A stretch of DNA of 64,000 nt from Azolla caroliniana (taxonomy: Eukaryota > Plantae > Polypodiophyta). The DNA is taken from assembly GCA_043228905.1 (NCBI GenBank), contig JBHGNT010000006.1, positions 5,580,001-5,644,000 on the forward strand, in the 5' to 3' direction. Shown here piece after piece: positions 1-11,181 of this stretch (positions are counted from its first letter, which is position 1; each line of letters opens with the position of its first letter). Made by a program: the position numbers and the translations under genes. The notes below the pieces were generated by a model. It had not been told where the DNA came from, made no database searches, and saw only the letters and a list, made by a program, of their open reading frames with translations.

Positions 1-507
1 CTTACCAATATAATGAATTGGCAATTTGCTGCAGTTAGCCAGCAGGTGGGGAATGTGATAGGTTAATGACAGCAGAACGAGCATCAAATTATTTAGACAA
101 TTTGGTGTATCTAATCAGTAAATCATCACACATCTAATAGATTGATATATTTGAACCAAAAAAAGAGATTGTAAGTTGACACTGAACACAAAAACTCGTT
201 GATAGATAAGCCAAGGTGGTTGATTGCCTATAAGGATAACTAAATCTACGTGAAGCTAACCGGTTCAATGATAAAAGCACAGAGTAGCTCTGTAAGCTAC
301 CACAAAGAACAATGATAGAGAAAATACAATGGGAATAAAGAGAATCACATGGTGTGCGCAATTAAGTACGGTTTGGGCTTGCAGACATATCTGCAGAATG
401 TCTAGAATTTACCTAATGAGAAAAATGGAACACGAATAATTCAACTTAAGAGTGATAAAAACCTGCCTTTAGAAGATTAACTTGATTTCATCTTTCATAG
501 TTTTCAG

Positions 508-740
508 CATAGTATGAACTATACGTACCATATGTGCATGCGCATTCGAGAATGTTTCAATCATTTGAGTATAGTAAACACCCTCGAAGTATGGTAAATA
601 CCATACTTTTGTATTCATTATTTATTATAAGGTAAAAAGTGTAAAAAAAACCATAAGAATGTTTTGATAACATACACATTCGTTTGAATTCGTATGAAAA
701 AGAATGGTTGCCAATGCATTTGAGTATATTAAGTACTATG
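508..740. mobile_element. Short hAT-like MITE (TIR CATAGTA/TACTATG)
   Basis: Starts catagta (508) and ends tactatg (740). Its left end resembles the copy at 38567-38650. The flanking 8-mers gttttcag/gttttaac are only a partial TSD. Confidence 0.5.
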
Positions 741-1204
741 GTTTTAACCATAGATTGACATATTCGCATTCGTGGGGCCTGCACCACGAATCCATACGAA
801 TAGGAATACGAATGCATGTAAATGTATTCATTTTCTTTTTTTTAAAAGTAGAAATAAAAAATAAAAAACTGTTTTTTTCCTGTGAGCGAGTGAGGAAGCC
901 TCACCCTACTCCCTCCCTGTCCGTGCTGCCCTCACTTCCCTCTGCATATTGTTCTCGGCCAGAAAATTAGGGTTTCGGCTGAAAACCCTAATCTATGTCT
1001 TTCGACAATATTATTTCTTTCTTTTGAGCCCACGTCCGTGACTCCCTCTCATGCTCTATTCTAATCCTACATCCTGTTCTCAGCTCCAAACTCAGGCTTT
1101 CACTAAAACCCTAAGTTTAGCTAAGTTTAGTAGAAGCCCTAATTAATTAACTAATATTTTTCAATTAATTAATTACTTTTTTAATGAATTAAGATATGTC
1201 TACA

Positions 1205-1450
1205 GTATTAGTAAATTAATTAATGTATTAGTGAGTCAATTAATGTTTAAGTGAATTAATTAATTATGATATTAGTGAATCAATTAATGTTTAAGTGAAT
1301 TAATTAATTATGATATTAGTAAATCAATTAATGTTTAAGTGAATTAATTAATTATGATATTAACGAATCATTTAATGTTTTAAGTGAATTAATTCATTAT
1401 GATATTAGTGAATTAATTAATTATGATATTAGTGAGTTAATTAATTATTG
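1205..1450. repeat. AT-rich ~43-bp tandem repeat inside the hAT element
   Basis: Unit tattagtgaatcaattaatgtttaagtgaattaattaattatga, about 5 copies. Confidence 0.85.
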
Positions 1451-1670
1451 ATGTATGTGTGTATATACATATATGAGTGATATATGTGTGTGTATACACA
1501 TGTATGTATGTGTGTATATGTATATATCATATACATATGTATGTATGTATATGTATATATCATATACATATGTATGTATGTATATGTATATATCATATAC
1601 ATATGTATGTATGTATGTGTATATATATATATACATATATCATATATGTATGTGTGTACATGTATATGTA
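1451..1670. repeat. TA/TG low-complexity minisatellite (~30-bp unit)
   Basis: Recurring tatcatatacatatgtatgtatgtatatg; accounts for the Y/M/I/C-rich ORFs in the track. Confidence 0.9.
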
Positions 1671-2959
1671 AACGAATGGTTTTATAATATTCTTGGGGCC
1701 GTTTTATATTCTCGAATATTGCGAATATTGCGGATGTCGAATACCACGAATATTACGCATGGGTCAATCTATGGTTTTAACTTTTCAGTATTATCACAAT
1801 GTCATCATTCTGTGGCGGTTACTGGGGAATACTTATACAATGATGATTGATTCAAAAACTTCGTCTCCTGCAACCTTTTACGTTCATTCCCTCATTAAAA
1901 TATGTTTTACCTTTTTAAACCTCCTCTATCTTCAATACTTATCATTCAATTAGAAGATCTGTTTAAACTTATGTCAGTTCATCCTTGTAGTCTCGGGCAT
2001 CTCTGACAAAACATCGTTACTTCAGTCTTTCTGTACTCTGCAGCTACCTTCTGCAGACTGCTTTGAGTTGCATCTATAGTCAAAGCCTTAGCATGCCATC
2101 TTATATTATCATTTCCTTGTGTTCATCACATCAGACATTATGTTCACTCTGTTGGGTCATAAGGATGAGGAACTACATTAGGTCATGTGGAATAGAGATG
2201 GCTCCACTGCAGTGCCTGGTTATGTGTCATCCTGTGCTGAAGCATTTTGAATCTACCTCCTTTTCCTTAACTCTTGTGGCCATCCAATCTCTCTTTCTGC
2301 TGTGCTATACCATCTAAACTTCATCGCTGTCCCACTGTGCTTATTTTTATGGTTTCTTGCATTCACACTTTCTCTCTTCCTAAAAATATCAGCCAATAGT
2401 GTTGTCACTGCTAATTTGCAAGAAGTCATAGGGTAAGCAGTCAAAATTGCAGTCTTTTCTAGTTCATTGCCAATATTTACCTGGTAAATTGTGCCAGAAA
2501 CAAAGAAAGCATGAACCTCGTATTCTTACTCCTGAAGATCAACCATGAAAATAATGCATCCAACAAGATCTCTCAATTGGGACGTGAGGGCAGCTCAAGA
2601 AAATTACGTTAAGCCATTTTTAACTGACCGTTTATATATTTTGAGACTGCTCTTTTTACTTTCCCAATTGCTTTCAGTTTATTTTGCACCCTCTTGGAAT
2701 TAGTCATGGCTACATAATTAAAAACAGATTAAAATATGGGGCATTGGGAGTACGGAAACAATGCCTATGTGGCATGGGGTTCCTGCAATATGCAATATAA
2801 TCAGGCATCTATAATATCCTATGTAAATTTAACAACTATTCTTTAATCTTTCAGCGAATATTGAAAAGTAATAACAAAATTTCAAATGCTTGTCATAAAT
2901 ATTTATTTCTCATATATGACATCCACACAAGTCAAGAAACATTGTAACTACTAATGTAC

Positions 2960-4139
2960 CTGCACTTGGCTGCCGAATCTCCATTCTTATCACCATAGAT
3001 GAGCGTCCTACCCAAACGACAGAACCAGACATTTTTACATCCTCATCAAGTGTTATAAGTTTCCTCAAGTGAATCTTATCTACTGATGCTGTCACCAACA
3101 AAAGTGGTCTCGTTGTTGAATCATTATCCGAGCAATGCTATCATTAGAAATACTTGGTCATGATATGTTTACAAAAAAGTAATAATAACAATGATATGAA
3201 ATCTGTCACATGAATGATATGAAATAGACCACCAAAAAAACACTCGACAAATTAGAAATCCACAGATATATGCAAGTCCAGGAAAGCAAATCCATAGAAG
3301 GTGTGGGGCCACCCATAGATGAAAAAACGCTAGAGTTTATATTTTATATAAGACAATGTTCCTCTAAGAGGGATTTTTTTGGAGAAAAATGTGTTGCCTC
3401 TCTAAAGAAGCAGATTAATGTTTTCAAAACCGTAGTTTCATTATTGTAAAGCAAATCTTCCAGGATGAAAACTGGCTGTTCTTGCATTATAAAAAACTCT
3501 CTCTCTCTCTATGGATGCTAAAAATATTTATCTATCTTACACACTAGTTTATAATTCATCAAAACTTTTGCAAGGGGCAGTTCATTACGTTCTGCTATAC
3601 AGTGATGCACAGAAAATGTATTTGGAAGTTTTTCTTTAGCTCAAAATCTCTTCATTTACAAATATATTGAAAGTTTTATTTTTATTTCAAGAGAAACACC
3701 TTGTTACCTTCACAGCAATTGTTCCTGCAAGTGCGTCTAGGTCTTCCATAACCCTACCAATCTGGCATTCATTCCAAGCATTGCGATACTGTTCCCGGAG
3801 GATATAGTCCGAGGTGAAATTATAGGTAATGCTAACACGGCTTTCTTCAGGGGTACGGGTAATGATTTTTTGCTGAGGCGGACCATCCAAGGAAGGAGGT
3901 GGCCACAAAGACTCAAATATGCTAGATCTTGCCTTCCAGAGGGCATCAGTTACAGGGGAGTGGTACATACCAGGCCACATGCTGAGTGGTTTTCGATGTG
4001 GGCTCTCAGGTGGTGGCTCAAAAGGTGAGGCCACGGTTGGTCGCACAGGGATAGTAATTGATGAAGCTGATGGCGAAACATTGAGAGGAGTAACTGGATC
4101 CATTGGTGAGCCTGCAGGACCGCTGTAAAAGTTGGGCAT
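2960..4139 (-). CDS. HotDog-fold acyl-CoA thioesterase (ACOT9-like), 5' part; coding exons 4139-3708 and 3137-2960, remainder beyond the window start
   Basis: Plant thioesterase motifs RKPLSMWPGMYHSPVTDALWKAR, LREQYRNAWN..IG..MEDLDALAGTIAVK|HCSDNDSTTRPLLLVTASVDK..WVGRSSM. GT-AG sites keep frame (432 nt, then 178 nt). Confidence 0.9.
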
Positions 4140-5806
4140 ATCTCATTGTTGAAGTTGGGCAATTCTTCTTTCTCTTATTATTACAAAACTCTCTTTAATC
4201 TTCACTCCTATGGATGTTAATATACCATCACGGTCGTGGTCTTCATCATCATCTCTCCCTCTATTTAGAGAGGAATTTTTGTATTATAAATGATAAAAAT
4301 GCAAAGTGCATCAGCTGCAATAACTGTAACTAGAAACATGGCAATATATAAAAACCATTACAAAGATGACAAAAGAGTCTCTACATGGTGTATACGAGAA
4401 GCTATTGTGGAGGGCTATAATGTCATTCCCTCCCTTTGTTTCATATTAGGGTCCTAACCTAGTTGCGAGCCAAATTTTTACCAAATCATGCACCCTGGTT
4501 CAAACTATATTACATGCCCTACATTAGATGCAGAATGTAGCCACTGAATGCATAACAGTTCAACCTGTCAATTGAGCTACAGCCACAAATTTGTGGGCCA
4601 AGTCTGGACAATGGATCTGGAGACATCTCTGATGGATGGGGAGTTCTCTTATATCCATGATCTTCAGAATGATATAGGGCTAACCTGACCATACCGAACA
4701 ATGTTATCCCGGCTGAAATGGCTGCACCACCAATGGTTGTAGATGTTCTGGACGGGTCAGTGTTCTTTCTTCATGGTATATAAAGAGCTTCCTCGATGTA
4801 GATATTTGGCAAGGGAGAGCGATGCTTCATGTTGGCATGCCTAAATGGCATTGTGGTTATGCATTTGTAGTATGTTATGTTCTGAGGACACTTCCACTAC
4901 CTCTTTAGGAAGGGATTTGGATCACTCTTCTGGGTCATAGGCTTCTATAACAAAGATATTCCAGGTTGTCTCTACCAGAGATCCCATACGAAGTTTGGAT
5001 CCATGGGAACCTTTGGTGGTCTGGGAGCCTAATGAGTTCTACAATATTAAAGTGAACAGCTACTCTCTCTAGAACCCCTTTTATGAGCTTGATTGGCATT
5101 CATGAGTTTTGGGTACTCCCAGGGTAAAGGTAATCATGATAATGATTTCTTTCAGCATAAACAGAGCATAATAAGGGGATACTCAATGCCAGTATGTGGA
5201 AATAAAAGGATGATGTCAGTCTCAGGCATGAGTCTAGATGTCTCTTTCCAATGCAACATGGATTGTCCCCATCTAGACATTGCTTGATCAAAGATAAATA
5301 GACTGATTAGAACAAATATCATTCAAGCTGTACACGAAGAGGACATCTATCGACCATTATCTGCCACTTGGTAGAAACAGTGCTCACAGACAGTCCCTCT
5401 TTGTACACCTGTACAGAGATGATTTCGTTGTCCAAACCCCTACCCACCCATCTGTCCCATGCTCCTATTAACCTTTCTGTATCATATTTCTTTCATTGTC
5501 CATGTGTTAAACTTCAGCGATTCTCATCACTTTTCTGTATCACTAAAAAGGCTTCAGATATCTAGCTACCCAGCTCTCATCCAATTCACGCTCCCACCAG
5601 GTCGAACTATTATTGATTCAACTTTCTGTTCTATTCAACGTAGGCAGGGTTTCCTTCCGCCTTTCTGTTTTCTCAGGTAATACCGGCACTGCATCAGATC
5701 GCGCAGGTCAATGTAATTCCTTTTCAGTCTTCTTGTAGGGGTCATTTAGGGGCCTCTCGGTGGATCGCTCGCTCTCATTCTCACTCTCGCTCTCGCTCTC
5801 ACTCAC

Positions 5807-6010
5807 CTTGTTCGACAGAAGCTTCGTGAATCCTTGGCTATGGAGGAGTGCGCAGGGAGAAGAGCGCGATGACAGAGTATTATTGGCGCGATTGATGACG
5901 ATGATGAACACAGAAATGCGCTGCTGCTGCTTCCTCTTCTTCTGCGTAGTAGATGTGGTAGTCGAAGTTGAAGAAGAAGAAGTAAGGCCATCATCAATGA
6001 TCATCATCTT
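5807..6010 (-). other. Probable first exon of the thioesterase gene (5' leader or presequence)
   Basis: CT-rich leader ending at a consensus donor AG|GTGAG (5807/5806); matching acceptor TAG| before 4260. Confidence 0.55.
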
Positions 6011-6994
6011 CGTGTGAGTAATATTTTGACCTAATTTATATATATGTACATATCAGAATGTATGTATGTATGTATACAGTATAAATTATCATGTATGTAT
6101 GTATGTGTATTATTATTATGTATTTATTGTCACAATTTCTGGGAATGGGAAAAGCATGAGTGATTTTGAATGAGTCCCGATTCTCGTTTTGCATGCACCC
6201 GACACTTGAAATTTCAGGAAACTTCTTTTGCCCGATAAAAAGGTCCATGTGACACGTAACGATTCCGTATAAACAATGGCCTGAGAACTGTGTGTGTCAC
6301 TCGCAGAAAACATGGCTGGAGAACTGTGCTCCGAGAGACTGGATTTTTATCGCAAAGAAGTTGTTCTGATGATGACCAGTGATCATCTGGTGAGCATATT
6401 AAACACCTTATTTGAGAAGAAATTGTATTTTTCTTGCTGACAAACATTTGTGGGATGTCCAAAGGCAATGCTTTCGTGATTGTCAGTTGTTGAACACAAT
6501 ATGCCAAGCTTTTTGTCCATTGATGCATGTATCAACATTTCTAGCCTTTCAAGGGTACATATTGCCCCCTCAGCCTTGAAACACTTTCTTGTCGTATTAA
6601 TTAGCCCTTGACCACTAGAGATTTATATGAGGTGTTATGTCACACATATACAAGTCTATGACTATCTTTTCCTTGTATCATGCCTATTTACTTAAGGATT
6701 ACACATCGTTATTTGAACATTCCACATGGTTGTCAAATGGCAAACATGTATGTCAAATAGGTGGCCAATTGTATGTTAGTCAATTGGTGAGCATAAAATA
6801 CAACTAAATGATGAGCATGCACAAAACAATAGCTTTTATATATAAAGAAGTTCCAATCTAATCAAACCATTTTTGTTTTAATCGTATTGGTTAAAGCCAA
6901 TAAAAAAACTAAATTGGAAGAAAGGAAGGAAAAGGACCCCTTATTTATGAATGAGAAAAACAATAGAGTTACAACATGTTCGAATACATTAGTC

Positions 6995-7090
6995 AGAAAG
7001 AAAGAAAGATATATTAATGTCTTCGAAGACCAAATTTGGCCCATGAGACAATTGGGTTACAATAAAAATGGGGTATTTACCCATTCATCA
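6995..7090 (-). mobile_element. 3'-end remnant of the RTEX-like LINE family
   Basis: aagaaagaaagatatattaatgtcttc...ggcccatgagacaa...tttacccattcatc aligns with 47855-47948, including the (CTTT)n tail. Confidence 0.75.
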
Positions 7091-7482
7091 GAGATTATTT
7101 CATTGTTCAATATCATTAGCAACCATTCACGCGTGCATTCTTGCATCGAGATATAAAGATCAAGGAAAGGAAAAATAAATAAATGTGTGTTATAATATCA
7201 ACAATTTCAATGGCTAATTAGAACATCGCCCAAATGTTGGTCTTATAAATAGTGCTTTGAGTCTAAAACTACTTTTACTTTCGTTCAATAAAACCAAATT
7301 CTTTGGCTACCCAAGATTCTTAACCATTTAAAGAAGCTAGAGGGATAGGAATTCAAGTTTATATCAGATGCAACAATTTGAGGATGTTGTGGTTATCGTT
7401 TAAATCATATTGGTCGTACTAAGAATGTGACGGGTCAATTACATAGGGAGGATGGATCATTAACATCGGATCATGCTAAGAC

Positions 7483-7676
7483 TCTGTTACGGGCATGACC
7501 ATATAATATCCCGTGGTAAGAATTTACCGTAGTATTCTATACACGTGGATAAGTGCGGGCACTTATCCACGTGTATAGAATACTACGGTAAATTCTTACC
7601 CCGCACTTATCCACGTGTATAGAATACTACGGTAAATTCTTACCACGGGATATTATATGGTCATGCCCGTAACAGA
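7483..7676. repeat. Foldback (palindromic) insertion
   Basis: 77-bp perfect inverted arms (7483-7559 and 7600-7676). The spacer is an extra ~41-bp copy of the right arm. Confidence 0.9.
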
Positions 7677-8387
7677 CGAGGAGAATTGTATCGTACTTTT
7701 GTAAATCTCTGCTAACTAGATTGTCCTTCATGCATGAGCAATTAGCCTTAAGTCTACATTATGGTGTGTTATCAAGAAGAAAGTTAGTTAAGCCTTTTAA
7801 TGTTCATGAGGTGTATGTTGCAATTGAGGCCTTAGGTAAAAATGCATGTTTTTGGCGTGGATGGTTTCCCTCCTAAATTTTTTCTATGTTATTGGGATCA
7901 CATTGGAATCAATGTAATAGAAGCATTACAATACATGTTTACTTTGGGTGACATGCCTTATCAATGGAATGCAGGGTTGATTTTTTTTATTCCTAAATTG
8001 GAGGGAGTGGTAGTTGACATTAAGAAGTGGTGCTCGATTACTATTCTAAATATTATTTATAAGATTTATGCTAAAATTCTTTCATTACATATGCAACCCT
8101 TATCGAATTATATTATTCATAAATCACAAACGAGTTTTATCCAAGAGCATACTATTTTTTATAATATTTTCATGTTCTGGGAACTTACAACTTTGGCAAA
8201 AGAGAAGGATGTTGATCTAGTGGTGCAATTGTTGAACTACGGAAAGGCCTATGATAGAGTCGATTGGTCTTTTCTCGAGGAAGTTATGTTACGGCTAGGA
8301 TTTCCAATGGCTCAGGTAGTGGCAATAAGAGACTTGTGCATATAAGAATGCGTCTAGCTTCGTATATGCGGTGGGAGAAGTTGGTAC

Positions 8388-8750
8388 TGTTGGGAATGAC
8401 CGTCTAGTGTGGAACAAAACCAACGATCTTCTCATGAAGATCTTTAAGTAGACAACATATAAAAAATGTAATAATGAATTTAATACCACAACAGACAACT
8501 AAATCAAGACAAGATCGAGAACACAAGTGCAAAGAGAAGGCAATAGAGTTAGGCGCAAGACTATATAACTGTATTATTGCTCTCAAAGTTACAATGGCAC
8601 AATATAGCAATGAACAAGGTTACAAAAGTCAATTTAAATACTAATTGACTTAGGGCAACTGCCCTTTCCACTATTTTACAGAAAATCATCCAAACCTAGT
8701 ATGTCAAATGGGACAATGTGAATACGTCCATTATTTTCCCATATTCAACA
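8388..8750 (-). mobile_element. Solo LTR related to the copia family at 53907-59277
   Basis: TGTTG...CAACA termini, TSD GGTAC/AGTAC. Removing it restores the LINE reading GEVGTPFSI*RLVRQGCP. Shares gacttagggcaact and gtgaatacgtccatta with the copia LTRs. Confidence 0.85.
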
Positions 8751-9689
8751 AGTACACCCTTCTCTATTTAAAGGTTGGTTAGGCAAGGGTGTCCCTTGGC
8801 CCCTTTCCTGTACTTATTAATAGTTGAGGCTTTTCATGTGTATTTTAATAATCATGGTTTAAGAATTGAAGGTTTGCAATGGGGATTAGATAATAAGCAC
8901 GTGCTTGATAATGAATTTGTTGATGACACGACATTATATGTGGATGGGGAAGAGCAGAATTTGCATAATGTTCAACGCGTGGTGCAAGAATTTTGTGAGT
9001 TATATGGTGATATTATCAATTGGAATAAGAATAAAGAATAATGGAGTTCCATATTGGTTGCCCCATCTGGAATTTCAATGGCTTCAACATGGGAGGTCAA
9101 TACGATATCTTGGTTGTCAAGGTTATGTTGATATTTCACACGATCAACTTATTGCCCCTCTATTGATGTCATTGAAAAAGAAACTGTTTTGGTCTTCTAG
9201 GCCTTCATCGTTTGTTGGAAGAATTGTAATTGCTAGGCTCAAATCAGTTGAATATAGATGCTACAATATGGGCTACTTTATCATCAATGATTTTGTGGAA
9301 TATGTATATGGATAGCTAGATGCAAAAAAGTGTTTTGGCAAATAAAGCAGAATCCTTTTCATTGTGTGAAGGAAAGTTGGTTGATGCTTATTTCAATTTT
9401 AAAATGTCAAAACGACTCCTTCACTATGTTATATTCACCTCCACTAGATTGTATGCTTTGTATATGCTTATTGGATTGGTAATGGAAACGAAGGTTTAGT
9501 TTGAAAAAAAAAACACGTTTATATTTGATTTTTTTTCTCTTGTCGTACAATAACACAATCAAATCTATGAAAAACATGGAGATGCCATGCTTTTTTATCT
9601 CTAATAGTGAAATTGTGTTGATTCTTTATGTGAATCGAACCATTACAACTCAGTTTTGGACACATTGTCTTAAATACAAACTTCAATAA

Positions 9690-10000
9690 AAGAGTACGCA
9701 CAATGCAACTTATAGTCCTAATGGATGTGATTCTCATTGGCAAATTTCTTTCAAAATAGTTTGAAACTTCTTGCTTGTCAACTCAAACAGGCCATTAGGG
9801 TGCAAATAATGTGTTGTCTTGCCCTTATGGAATGCGTATTATTGTGCAAGGTTACGAGTCATGAGTGATCAAGTGGTTGCATTGATTACTAATCAAGTCA
9901 ATAGAGACACAAGCGTGCACCAAATGCTTTCATATAAGAAGCACACCACTAAAGTAACTACATTGTCAATGAGCAATTTCATAACCCATTTTGTACAATA
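9690..10000 (-). pseudogene. Decayed Ty3/gypsy integrase fragment
   Basis: Minus-strand remnants TKWV..., FLYESIWC..., ISNQCNHL, KTTHYLHPNGLFELTSKKFQTILK resemble the rve core of gypsy integrases. Confidence 0.55.
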
Positions 10001-10852
10001 ATCCATCACGGATGTTGTTATATACCACTATTCATGTGAAAGGTTGATGAAAATAAGATCCTTTTTCACCACCTCTATCAAATGGTTGTTTGCTTACTTC
10101 TTTGGTCATCTTCACCCATGTTTGCATTTCCTTATTTACGTCACCTTTAACTATGGACATGCATTTCCACTACTTGTCCTTTATTTTGAATCAACTTTAA
10201 TAACTACCCCTTCAACCGTATTCAAGAATATCTCATCATTTAGGTATTGTTGAATCTCATCCTTAAGTTTTTATGTTCAATTTCTTTAGGAAACTTGTGA
10301 TATCGTTATGTATGGCTTCTAATAACTCCATCTTCAAAGAGGCATGCAAACTTGTATTTCCAGCTTTGCTTATCTCCTTTTCAAGGATCTTACTGTATCA
10401 CCTTTCCTCCATTCAACATGTTATGCAACATGCATTTTTAGGTGTCTTATGCACCCCTCAGGCACTACTTCCATCCTCTCCTTTTCTTCAATGCTCTTTT
10501 CTCGGGGTCATCCATTGATTTGGTCCCCATGTTTAGGGGTGTCAAGATCCATATCATCCATTCGAAGTCCATGGTGTTTCGTAGTTAGGAAAGTGTGTAC
10601 AAGGATAAAGTATAACTAAACCTTTCAGAAAACCGGACAGGGCAGGAAAGCCAAGGTTAAGCAACATTGTAGAAACATAGAGATTGGGTCAAGAGTTTTA
10701 ATTAGAGATCGGGCTAATTAAAACGAACAGAAGGCGGGACACATGACAGGAATAACGGAGGCTAGGCAAACATTGGAGAAGACACGAGAATTCATCGAAC
10801 GAAGAAACAATGCACCAATATCGGAAAACACGGGGAGCGGAACAGCCAATCG

Positions 10853-10954
10853 CATCGTGCCACGCCTACACAACGCAACGAGTTCACAGCGAATCACATC
10901 GTGCCACGCCAACGTAACGCAACGAGTTCGCAGCGAATCAGATCGTGCCACGTG
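10853..10954 (+). promoter_or_regulatory. 44-bp tandem repeat with GCCACG(C/T) G-box/ABRE-like cores upstream of MSI4
   Basis: Units start at 10853, 10897 and 10941; perfect CACGTG at 10949-10954. A GA tract follows, with a telo-box TAGGGTTT at 11075-11082. Confidence 0.5.
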
Positions 10955-11181
10955 GGGAGAGGAGCACAGACAGAGAGAGAGAGGGGGAAGAGAGAGAAAG
11001 AGACAGGTTTTAACAAAAGTCCCGCCTGCACAATCATTTCCTGGTTGAGCAAACGAGAACCCTACTCTTGGATTTAGGGTTTCTGATTGTGGGTACCTGA
11101 GAAAGTCTGTGAATTTTGGGGTTTCACCTTCCTCACCTTCTCTCTCCTCCCTCTCTGTTAGAGATATTTGTTTCTTCTGAG

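Larger units (their letters stand above)
749..1773. mobile_element. Non-autonomous hAT-type element
   Basis: 11-bp TIR CATAGATTGAC (749-759) / GTCAATCTATG (1763-1773). Perfect 8-bp TSD GTTTTAAC (741-748, 1774-1781). CGAAT/ATTCG subterminal motifs; no transposase. Confidence 0.8.
7200..9513 (+). pseudogene. Degenerate L1-clade LINE ORF2 (RT) with 3' poly(A), interrupted by a foldback and a solo LTR
   Basis: KWCSITILNIIYKIYAKIL, YGKAYDRVDW, VRQGCPLAPFLY, EFVDDTTLY are collinear with ORF2 at 41956-46269. Many stops and frameshifts; A-tract at 9504-9513. Confidence 0.85.

Noticed and set aside
1445-1850. ORFs rich in Y/I/M/C/H on both strands
   Set aside because: Translations of a TA/TG minisatellite inside a MITE.
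1790-2480. Exon-like purine-rich minus-strand stretch as the next thioesterase exon
   Set aside because: The required phase after exon 3137-2960 hits a stop almost at once, and the expected TANFTFVARD-like motif is absent.
4400-5700. Coding-like sequence in the thioesterase leader intron
   Set aside because: Probably decayed transposon, but no diagnostic motif could be read.
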